DNA of 32,000 nucleotides from the NCBI RefSeq assembly GCF_000010625.1, contig NC_010296.1, forward strand, positions 1,950,001 to 1,982,000, read 5' to 3'. Of this stretch, positions 16,441 to 23,945 are shown piece by piece. A program made the translations under genes and the position numbers. The notes below the pieces were generated by a model. It made no database searches. It worked only from the letters and a program-made list of their open reading frames with translations, and was not told the DNA's origin. How positions within the stretch are numbered: the stretch's first letter is position 1; each line of letters begins with the position of its first letter. This stretch comes from Microcystis aeruginosa NIES-843. Its GTDB lineage: Bacteria > Cyanobacteriota > Cyanobacteriia > Cyanobacteriales > Microcystaceae.

Positions 16441-17611
16441 GGTAATGATTTGGTAGTAGTGGCGTAGCCCTCTTGCTTACCTGGTATGAATTGTGTAAAA
16501 TATTTATTAATAAAAATAATTGGAACCCGCTCAGTCTTTAAACCTCTAGCTTGATCATGACTTTTCTGATAAATATCTTTTTCTGGCTTCTGTCTGGCTT
16601 ACTCAAATATCAGTCTAGCACCGAACAAAATCCCCCCTTCACCTCTATTCCCCTGTCCTAATTGTGGTTCTCACCATACGATTAAGAATGGTTCTATTCA
16701 TAATGGAAAACCCAAACGTCAAGGTAAAGAATGTGGTCAACCGTTGGTGATCAATCCCACTAATAAAACTGTCTCTGACGAAACCAAACAATTAATTGAT
16801 AAACTCTTGCTCGAACGAATTTCCTTGCGAGGAATTGCGAGAGTAATAGGGGTAAGTTGGTCATGGTTACAAAACTATGTCAACAATAAACTGGCGGCTG
16901 TCCCCCGTCAAATAAAGGTTTCGGACAAACTAAAAGGTAAATTAGTTAGAGAATGTGATGAGATGTGGTCTTGGGTTTTTTCTAAGACGATAAAGGTTTA
17001 TATTTGGCGGTTAATTGATAGAAAGACAAGAGAAATTATTGGTTGCTATTTAGGGTTTGCTGAATAAATCTAAAAACCTTGTTGGGTAAGACTTTTAGAC
17101 TTTTTGTCAATCAAAAAGTACCAGATATGGGAGTGGTCGGGGAGAAAATTCCGGGACTTTTTCCCTGAAAATTAGGTAATTTACCCGATTAAAATGGGTA
17201 AAACCCCACACCCCACACCCCACACCCTACACCCTGCCCCTAGGAAAAACTTTTTCAGCAGACCCTATGCGCGGAGATAGGAGTCGTCAATCAGCTAAAA
17301 AACTTTGGGGCCAGTTTACCCGGTGTTTACCGACAATGTGCTGTTGCTTCCACAGACTTTTGGGAGTCCTATAAGACAGTAATTCCTAGTAAACGTCATC
17401 GACCAGTCGGAAAAGAAACTGGTCAAACTAATCCTATTGAAAGATTAAATAATACCTTTAGACAAAGGATTTCTCGGCTGGTGAGAGAGAGTCTATCTTT
17501 CTCTAAAAAAATGGAGAATCACGTTGGGGAGCCCTTTGGTATTTTATCCATGACTACAATGCACAGCAAAGCAAAGGATTAAGCCGCCATCACTACTACC
17601 GAATCACCACC
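16441..17611 (+). mobile_element. decayed IS1-family insertion sequence carrying a nested MITE
   Basis: 21-bp imperfect TIRs GGTAATGATTTGGTAGTAGTG (16441-) and the reverse complement of CACTACTACCGAATCACCACC (-17611). InsA-like zinc finger CPNCGSHHTIKNGSIHNGK. InsB-like GDRSRQSAKKLW...YRQCAVASTDFWESYKTVIPSKRHRPVGKETGQTNPIERLNNTFRQRISRLVRESLSFSKK...WYFIHDYNAQ. Confidence 0.8.
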
Positions 17612-17620
17612 AAAAGCTGA
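16654..17620 (+). pseudogene. IS1-family transposase (InsAB-like), disrupted
   Basis: No ATG upstream of the zinc finger. The reading frame is split by the MITE at 17053-17266. At least two further frame changes are needed: near 17320 (before LPGVYRQCAV) and near 17525 (ENHVG / ALWYFIHDYN). Confidence 0.75.
17053..17266 (+). mobile_element. MITE copy 2, inserted within the IS1 transposase reading frame
   Basis: Same TIR (GGGTTTGCTGAA...TTCAGCAGACCC) and internal sequence as 567-778. Interrupts ...EIIGCYLG | DRSRQ.... It supplies the stop codon of the listed 107-aa ORF. Confidence 0.85.
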
Positions 17621-17657
17621 TTACTGATTACTGATCACTGATCACTGATAACTGACT
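17618..17657. repeat. heptanucleotide repeat (CTGATTA / CTGATCA / CTGATAA)
   Basis: ctgattactgattactgatcactgatcactgataactgac, immediately after the IS1 right end. Confidence 0.85.
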
Positions 17658-17715
17658 CCTGAAGGCTTTTTCGCTTAAGATAAAGTTTAGCCCTCGATCG
17701 AGTTCTAGTGTTTTC

Positions 17716-18369
17716 ATGGTATTACAACTGCGGGTCTACGTTCCCGAACATCCTCTGGTTAAGCATTGGCTGGCGATCGCCCGCGATCAAAATACCCCCT
17801 CGGTACTGTTTAAAACAGCGATGACGGAACTAGGGCGCTGGTTAACCTACGAAGCGGCGCGGCAATGGTTGCCGACCCTGGAAACTAGCGTTAAAACCCC
17901 TCTAGCGGAATGTGCCGCTACTTTTATCGATCCTAGCGTACCGATCGCCGTAGTTCCGATTTTAAGGGCAGGATTAGCCCTGTTGGAAGGGGCCCAAAGC
18001 CTTTTACCCCTAGCTAGTACCTATCACCTCGGTTTGGCCAGAAATGAGGAAACCCTGGAGGTGAGTTGTTATTTAAATAAATTACCGGCCAGTTTTGATC
18101 CGGCCACGAGAGTCTTAATTCTTGAACCGATGTTAGCCACGGGGGGATCAATTTCCATGGCAATGGCAGAAATTACCGGCAGAGGCGTTGATCCTACCCT
18201 GATTCGCCTGATTTCCGTGGTGGCTGCCCCGCCAGCTTTACAGAAATTGAGTCAAAATTATCCCAGCTTGAACATCTATACGGCTATTATCGATGAAGGA
18301 TTAAATAGCCGCGGTTACATCGTGCCTGGATTGGGCGATGCCGGCGATCGAGCTTTTGGAACCTATTAG
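17716..18369 (+). CDS. upp: uracil phosphoribosyltransferase
   Basis: 217 aa. HPLVKHWL N-terminus, PRPP-binding LEPMLATGGS, and C-terminal YIVPGLGDAGDR typical of Upp. Confidence 0.92.
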   Translation: MVLQLRVYVPEHPLVKHWLAIARDQNTPSVLFKTAMTELGRWLTYEAARQWLPTLETSVKTPLAECAATFIDPSVPIAVVPILRAGLALLEGAQSLLPLASTYHLGLARNEETLEVSCYLNKLPASFDPATRVLILEPMLATGGSISMAMAEITGRGVDPTLIRLISVVAAPPALQKLSQNYPSLNIYTAIIDEGLNSRGYIVPGLGDAGDRAFGTY

Positions 18370-18383
18370 GAGAAAAAGGGATT

Positions 18384-18671
18384 ATGAGTCAGCGAGATGG
18401 GTTTACGGGCGGTTTTTTAGCCGGTGCGATTGTCGGTGGTTTAGTGGGCGGTGTTTTGGGGACAGTGTTGGCTAATCGCGGCCGTCGCGGTTTAGCAGAT
18501 GGGGATAATCAAGCTTTTTTGGAGGAGAGCCGCAATGGGCGCTTGACTCCAGAGGAAGGCATGGAAGTGGCCCGCCGCAGTTTAGAAGATAAAATTGCCC
18601 AGTTAAATCTAGCGATCGATGATGTGCGTCAACAGTTAGGAGCGGTACAGGAAAACGGTAGCGATCATTAA
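18384..18671 (+). CDS. YtxH-like small membrane-anchored protein
   Basis: AGGAG Shine-Dalgarno 12 nt upstream. Gly-rich TM GGFLAGAIVGGLVGGVLGTVLA followed by a charged helical tail. Confidence 0.55.
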   Translation: MSQRDGFTGGFLAGAIVGGLVGGVLGTVLANRGRRGLADGDNQAFLEESRNGRLTPEEGMEVARRSLEDKIAQLNLAIDDVRQQLGAVQENGSDH

Positions 18672-18674
18672 ATA

Positions 18675-18711
18675 GGGCTGGCTGAATAAATCTAAAAACC
18701 TTGTTGGATAA
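18675..18711 (+). repeat. solo left end of the MITE family
   Basis: GGGCTGGCTGAATAAATCTAAAAACCTTGTTGGATAA matches the first ~37 nt of the 212-bp MITE. The remainder is absent. Confidence 0.6.
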
Positions 18712-18863
18712 TATCTTAAGAATAATGTGTTGACAATTAGGCAGAGCCTTGCAACCAGTAAAAACAATCATCGCTTAGACTTGATCGCAGAAAAACAACG
18801 AAATCTAAAACCGTAATTTTCCGTTAGAATTAGCAGTAATCAAACACCACGCTTGTCGGAGCT

Positions 18864-19613
18864 ATGGTTAACCTCACCTATAACAAAAATCGCCCTCTTC
18901 CCAGCGCCGAAGAATTGCCCTCTTCCGACGAAACTCCAGTGGATAATCAGTTACAGAATGATATTCCCAATCTACTGCTAAGTTTATTAGCTTTAATTTG
19001 GTCTGGTCGAGATGATTGGTATTTTGGGGTAGATATGGCTGTTTATTATAATCCAGACGAATCAGCTTTTGTCCCCGATGGTTTCTTAGCGGTTGGAGTC
19101 AACCATGATACGGGAGAAAGAGGTCGGTTAAGCTATATTTTGTGGGGAGAAAAGTATATCTTGCCGATTTTGTTTTTAGAGGTAATTTCCGAGAAGTATA
19201 ATAGTGAGTATGAGGAAAAATTCTTAAATTACCAAACCCTGGGGATTCTGTATTATGCAATATACAATCCTTTGAGTGGCAGAAGGGGAAGATTTAAAAA
19301 CCGACAAAGATTAGAGGTATATAAATTAATCTCAGGCAAATATGAACTTCTAGAGAGTGAGAATAATCGAGTTTGGTTGCCTGAAATTGGCTTGGCGCTA
19401 GGTTATGAAAAAGGAGAACATATTGCCTGGTATCGGGAATGGTTATACTGGTATGACGAGCCAGGAAATCGCTATCTAACGGCTGAGGAAAGAGCGAACC
19501 AGGCTGAGGCGATCGCTGCTCAAGAACGTCTGGCTAAACAAGAGGCTGAACAAAAAGCCATCCGGTTGGCTGAAAGGCTCAGAGCGCTTGGAATTAACCC
19601 CGATGAAATGTAG
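18864..19613 (+). CDS. Uma2 (DUF820) family endonuclease with C-terminal coiled-coil tail
   Basis: 249 aa. VPDGFLAVGV ... LSYILW ... LFLEVISE core. Tail ...QERLAKQEAEQKAIRLAERLRALGINPDEM. Confidence 0.82.
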   Translation: MVNLTYNKNRPLPSAEELPSSDETPVDNQLQNDIPNLLLSLLALIWSGRDDWYFGVDMAVYYNPDESAFVPDGFLAVGVNHDTGERGRLSYILWGEKYILPILFLEVISEKYNSEYEEKFLNYQTLGILYYAIYNPLSGRRGRFKNRQRLEVYKLISGKYELLESENNRVWLPEIGLALGYEKGEHIAWYREWLYWYDEPGNRYLTAEERANQAEAIAAQERLAKQEAEQKAIRLAERLRALGINPDEM

Positions 19614-19765
19614 GCTCTGACTTCTCCAAGGTATAAGCGCCAGTGCTTCCCTAATTTCCCTGGCCGTGCCTTGGATTACTGTTGCTTGTGTAGTCATGAT
19701 TTTTGCTCATTCTAGGGCGAATCCTAGCATAATTCACGACTGAGATGCTACCCATCGAAAAACCA

Positions 19766-19803
19766 AAAAAACAAAACCCCCTCCACTGACTGAATGAAGG
19801 GGT
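19766..19803 (-). terminator. rho-independent terminator candidate for the PEP-CTERM gene
   Basis: On the minus strand: CACCCCTTC-loop-GGAGGGGG followed by TTTTGTTTTTTT, about 40 nt after the stop at 19845. Confidence 0.5.
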
Positions 19804-19844
19804 GTTTGTGATATTTTGTGGCCAATTTAGCCGACTTTTGTGGT

Positions 19845-20699
19845 TTACTTCTCGGCTGATTTGGATGATTTTAGTTTGCGTTTGAGGGTTGAAGCTGCGC
19901 CAAGAGTGCCGATAGCAAACAGTCCAAGAAGAGAATTGGGTTCGGGAACAGAAACTTGTTTGGTGACGAAGTTCAGGGAATTGGCCATTAACAGTGCGCC
20001 ATCGGTACTACTGACCCAGAGACCGGAGAGAGCATCGCTTGATGGGGGATAAAAATTCAACCCAGCTATTTTGCCCGCAAATGTGGAGGTATTGACGGCG
20101 ATTAGCGGTGCACCATTACTCCAGTCAGCCACTGCTACCGCACCGGGGTTGAGAGGTCCCACTGTATTGTAGAAACTCCTTGATCCGCCATTGAAGCTGG
20201 TAACGCCTGCGAGGATCGGGTTGGATGGATCGTAAATTGTTCCTAATGTTAGATTTCTGCGTTGGTTCTGTCCTCCTGGTTGCCAAACATCGTAGTTTTG
20301 CGCCCTCCACCGACCACCAATGTCTGCGCCAGCGCTCCAGAATGAAAAAGTCGCTTGGACTACTCCACCACCCGCATCGACGTAATCTGCTAATACGTTA
20401 CCGAAAGTGGTTGGATCGGCAAAACCGAAATCAGAAAAGAATAGTACGGCATCATAAGCCTGTAATTGCGCGAGAGTCGGGGTAGAAGAACTGACATTCA
20501 GTATATCTACGCTCCCAGAAATCAGGCCAGTTCCAGCAATTTTTGCTTGAACGTCGTTGAGAAAACTAGCATCATAGGGAGCTCCGGCAATCAGAACGCT
20601 GGCCAAGGCTTGGCTAGTAGTGCCGAAGAAAACGGTTGATGCCACAATACCAACTGAGAGAGATTTTTGACTCAGCGCCGCTAAAATTGGATTTTTCAT
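19845..20699 (-). CDS. PEP-CTERM sorting-domain protein
   Basis: Preferred start is ATG 20699 (MKNPILAALSQKSLSVGIVASTVFFGTTSQALA signal peptide); the track's start at 20759 adds 20 unlikely residues. C-terminal VPEPNSLLGLFAIGTLGAASTLKRKLK. Confidence 0.85.
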   Translation of the reverse strand: MKNPILAALSQKSLSVGIVASTVFFGTTSQALASVLIAGAPYDASFLNDVQAKIAGTGLISGSVDILNVSSSTPTLAQLQAYDAVLFFSDFGFADPTTFGNVLADYVDAGGGVVQATFSFWSAGADIGGRWRAQNYDVWQPGGQNQRRNLTLGTIYDPSNPILAGVTSFNGGSRSFYNTVGPLNPGAVAVADWSNGAPLIAVNTSTFAGKIAGLNFYPPSSDALSGLWVSSTDGALLMANSLNFVTKQVSVPEPNSLLGLFAIGTLGAASTLKRKLKSSKSAEK

Positions 20700-20737
20700 T
20701 TTTAGAATTAAACACGAATAGGGCTTAAAGGGCAACA

Positions 20738-20817
20738 TACACACTTGCTTCCCCCGCATTGTATCAAAAGCTACAATTTAATAAATATTTACATTCCTTT
20801 CCCCCAGGGCTTACGCC
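20738..20817 (-). promoter_or_regulatory. conserved upstream block A (shared with 22673-22752)
   Basis: About 80 bp, roughly 90% identical by eye to the block upstream of the other minus-strand PEP-CTERM gene. On the gene strand it contains the 10-bp palindrome TAAATATTTA and a TACAAT -10-like hexamer. Confidence 0.45.
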
Positions 20818-20858
20818 GCTACAGTAATCACAGTTACAATGTTTGAGAGGTCTGAGTG

Positions 20859-20888
20859 GTAACTGATAACTGATAACTGATAACTGAA
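20859..20888. repeat. heptanucleotide repeat (AACTGAT)n
   Basis: gtaactgataactgataactgataactgaa, ending directly at the ATG of the next gene. Confidence 0.88.
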
Positions 20889-21722
20889 ATGACTACACCT
20901 ACCTTCACCATTCCCCAATCTGACCCTTCCCTTTCCCCCCGGCAATCCCTGCCGACGATGTACGATTTACCTAGTGATAATCCACTGGAACCCGGTTTGC
21001 CTGACGAATTTCACCTATTACAACCTCAGTTATTACTGCTGACTTTCCAGCCTCCCAACTGGGAACCAGAGCTAGTTTTTAGCGCCGCTGACCTTAACCT
21101 TTACTACGATGTCAGACACCCTCAATGGTACAAGCGTCCTGATTGGTTTGGGGTGGTCGGTGTTTCTCGCCTCTACGATGGCCATGACCTGCGCTTAAGT
21201 TATGTGATTTGGCAGGAAGGGGTTTCCCCTGCGATTGTGGTGGAATTATTGTCTCCAGGTACGGAAAATCAAGATTTAGGAGAAGAACTACGCCAACCAG
21301 AAGAACCGCCAACTAAGTGGACAGTTTATGAACAGATTTTGCAGGTTCCCTACTATGTAGTTTTTAGCCGCTATACTAACCAACTTCAAGCGTTTGAACT
21401 GGTAGATGGTCATTACCAACCCGTGACTTTAGTGGAGGGACGCTTACCGATTCCTCAACTGGAATTGAGCTTGGGTTTGTGGCAAGGTTCCTATCGGGGA
21501 ATTGAGCGGCTATGGTTGCGCTGGTTGACGCTGGAGGGAGAGTTGATTCCCCTTGCCGATGAGGAGTTAATTGTGGCGAAACAAGAGGCTTCTGCGGCTA
21601 AACAAGAGGCTTCTGCGGCTAAACAAGAGGCTTCTGCGGCGAAACAACGAGCAGAACAACTAGCGGCACGATTGCGGGAATTAGGGATAGATCCTGAAAC
21701 TATTCCTCAGATTGACTTTTAA
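20889..21722 (+). CDS. Uma2 (DUF820) family endonuclease with repeat-expanded coiled-coil tail
   Basis: 277 aa. LSYVIWQEG...PAIVVELLSPGT core. Tail AKQEASA x3 then AKQRAEQLAARLRELGIDPE. Confidence 0.85.
   Translation: MTTPTFTIPQSDPSLSPRQSLPTMYDLPSDNPLEPGLPDEFHLLQPQLLLLTFQPPNWEPELVFSAADLNLYYDVRHPQWYKRPDWFGVVGVSRLYDGHDLRLSYVIWQEGVSPAIVVELLSPGTENQDLGEELRQPEEPPTKWTVYEQILQVPYYVVFSRYTNQLQAFELVDGHYQPVTLVEGRLPIPQLELSLGLWQGSYRGIERLWLRWLTLEGELIPLADEELIVAKQEASAAKQEASAAKQEASAAKQRAEQLAARLRELGIDPETIPQIDF
21578..21648 (+). repeat. in-frame 21-bp tandem repeat, 3 full units plus a partial
   Basis: (G/T)AAACAAGAGGCTTCTGCGGC repeated at 21578, 21599 and 21620. Encodes the AKQEASA heptads. Confidence 0.9.
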
Positions 21723-21745
21723 ATTTAGGCAGAGCCTAAATGTTT

Positions 21746-21770
21746 GGTTCCAAGGCTCTGCCTTGGAACC
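21746..21770. terminator. perfect hairpin between convergent genes
   Basis: GGTTCCAAGG-CTCTG-CCTTGGAACC (10-bp stem), preceded by a second small hairpin TTTAGGC-AGA-GCCTAAA at 21724-21740. Confidence 0.5.
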
Positions 21771-21791
21771 AGGAATTAAACAAACTACCCC

Positions 21792-21826
21792 AAAAAAAGA
21801 GAGAGGAAACCCGCGTCTCCTCTCCC
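21792..21826 (-). terminator. rho-independent terminator candidate
   Basis: Minus strand: GAGAGGA-GACGCGGGTT-TCCTCTC followed by TCTTTTTTT, about 10 nt after the stop of the 21836-22570 gene. Confidence 0.6.
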
Positions 21827-21835
21827 TTGTAGGCA

Positions 21836-22570
21836 TTATTTCCTCGCTTTGCGGACAGCACCCCCTAGCATTAAACCGCCCAGTGTGATATAACCAAGAA
21901 GGCTAGAGGGTTCGGGGACAGTGACTGCTGGAGTCGGAACTGTCAGGACTGAGGACATTCCATATAGAGATAAGCTTTGACTCACGCTCAGAAAGGTGAT
22001 GTCGTTGATCCATCTGGAGTCGGTGTAAATAGTCGCGCCCATATTAGCCACAGGCGGAAATCCTATGGCATTACCCAACGGCGAACCAGTGGAGCCCCCC
22101 GCCTGAGTGCCCGTCCATACACTTGCATTCTTAGATGTGTCTATCTGAGTGCGATCGATAGATTTAGCGATTGAGCCATCCCAAAGATCGGCATTATTGT
22201 TGGCGACCCTGTTGCCATCTATGAGGTAGATGGGAACATCTGGCTGACTGCCATCAGTACCGGTATTGACTTTGGCAGACGTAGCGGAAGTAGAACCGAT
22301 CGCCTTCCAAGTGATCGTACCTAGGTTAAATCCTGCCGTTGTTAAAGCCGTAGCAAGAGCGCTTCCTGTTACCTGGCTGGTAACAAAGTTATTGTAGTCG
22401 TTGATGTTGGTGCTTGTTGCATCCCGTTTGCCGTCAGTAACAAACACCAAGCGAAACTGATCGCCTGGATTCAAGCCAGGTGGGACGACCACCAAAGCAG
22501 CTTGTGCCGCACTGGTTCCCAGAGTTGCCAGGGCAACCCCGGCACAGACAATGCCGAGTTGTAATTTCAT
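21836..22570 (-). CDS. PEP-CTERM sorting-domain protein
   Basis: 244 aa. Signal peptide MKLQLGIVCAGVALATLGTSAAQA. C-terminal VPEPSSLLGYITLGGLMLGGAVRKARK. Confidence 0.87.
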   Translation of the reverse strand: MKLQLGIVCAGVALATLGTSAAQAALVVVPPGLNPGDQFRLVFVTDGKRDATSTNINDYNNFVTSQVTGSALATALTTAGFNLGTITWKAIGSTSATSAKVNTGTDGSQPDVPIYLIDGNRVANNNADLWDGSIAKSIDRTQIDTSKNASVWTGTQAGGSTGSPLGNAIGFPPVANMGATIYTDSRWINDITFLSVSQSLSLYGMSSVLTVPTPAVTVPEPSSLLGYITLGGLMLGGAVRKARK

Positions 22571-22672
22571 AACAAAGGGTTAATGGTAAATGATTTGAGT
22601 GCGTGACATTTAGATTTGGGTTAAGCGATAGGGCAACCCAAAACAATGACAAGCGAATGCTCAAAGACGAAT

Positions 22673-22752
22673 TACACACTTTCTCCCTCCACATTGTATT
22701 AAAAGCTACAATTTAATAAATATTTACATTCCTCTCCCCCAGGGCTTGCGCC
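22673..22752 (-). promoter_or_regulatory. conserved upstream block B (shared with 20738-20817)
   Basis: Same ~80-bp block with the TAAATATTTA palindrome and TACAAT hexamer, here about 100 nt upstream of the ATG at 22570. Weaker homology with indels continues toward the start codon. Confidence 0.45.
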
Positions 22753-22899
22753 CCTTGTATATTGGAGAAGTGGTAGGGTGTAAGCCTTTTTTTCGAGAGG
22801 ATTTGCCGATCACCAGAACCCCAAGAGAGCCATCTGATCACTTATAAACTGTTGACTATCTAAATTACTCGTTGAGATTGCATTAGAGGTAAATATTTC

Positions 22900-23796
22900 A
22901 TGAGCCAAACCATCACACCTTCTTCCTTAAAAGCTAGTTTAGCCCCCAATCCCACTAGAGCAGCAACGGTGGACGATGGGGGAAATGTGCTAGGGGAATT
23001 TCTGCAAGAAACTCTGGCCATGACTAAACGTCTGTTCATCCAATTACAACGTCGTCCTTCAACCCTAATCGCGGGGGTAATTCAGCCCTTTATGTGGCTG
23101 ATTTTATTTGGGGCATTGTTTTATAAGGCTCCCCAGGGTCTATTCGGCAACGATCTCAGTTATGCTAAATTTCTCGCCCCCGGGGTGATTGTCTTTACCG
23201 CTTTTTCTGGGGCCTTAAATGCCGGTTTACCGGTAATGTTCGATCGAGAATTTGGCTTTCTTAACCGTCTCTTGGTAGCGCCTTTAACCACTCGGTACTC
23301 GATCGTGGCCGCTTCTACCATCTATATTATCGCCCTCAGTTTCATCCAAACCGCCTCGATCGTGGCCGCTAGTGCCTTTTTAGGGGCAGGATTGCCCAGT
23401 TTAGCTGGATTAGGTGCGATCGCTTTGATTGTTTTCCTAATAGTTTTGGGTATGACTGCCTTAAGTCTCAGTTTAACCTTTGCTCTCCCCGGACATATCG
23501 AATTAATCGCCGTCATTTTCGTCACCAATTTACCGCTTTTATTTGCCAGTACCGCCCTCGCTCCCTTAAACTTTATGGCAGATTGGTTACAAGTAATCGC
23601 TAGTCTCAACCCTCTTACCTATGCGATCGAACCGATCCGTTATATTTATTTCAATCAGCACTGGTCTTTTGATAGCATAGTCTTACAAACCCCTTGGCTT
23701 GACCTCAATTTCTTGACAGTTTTAGGCCTGCTCTTAGCTTTTGATCTGCTAATCCTTTTGGCAATTCAGCCCTTACTTCGTCGTCGTTTTGCTTAA
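22900..23796 (+). CDS. ABC-2 type transporter permease
   Basis: 298 aa with about 6 predicted hydrophobic spans. N-terminal ...MTKRLFIQLQRRPSTLIAGVIQPFMWLILFG is typical of ABC-2 permeases. No ATPase partner in the window. Confidence 0.8.
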   Translation: MSQTITPSSLKASLAPNPTRAATVDDGGNVLGEFLQETLAMTKRLFIQLQRRPSTLIAGVIQPFMWLILFGALFYKAPQGLFGNDLSYAKFLAPGVIVFTAFSGALNAGLPVMFDREFGFLNRLLVAPLTTRYSIVAASTIYIIALSFIQTASIVAASAFLGAGLPSLAGLGAIALIVFLIVLGMTALSLSLTFALPGHIELIAVIFVTNLPLLFASTALAPLNFMADWLQVIASLNPLTYAIEPIRYIYFNQHWSFDSIVLQTPWLDLNFLTVLGLLLAFDLLILLAIQPLLRRRFA

Positions 23797-23830
23797 ATCA
23801 GTTATCAGTTATCAGTTATCAGTTATCAGT
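23797..23830. repeat. heptanucleotide repeat (ATCAGTT)n
   Basis: atcagttatcagttatcagttatcagttatcagt, starting at the base after the permease stop codon. Confidence 0.9.
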
Positions 23831-23945
23831 TTACTTTCACTGAAAAGCCTGCAACTTTCTCACAACCAAAAACTAGACAAGTAAGTAGTTATAATTAAAT
23901 TGAAGATAGATTTTGCCTCTGATCCCCCCTGCCCCCCTTGATAAG

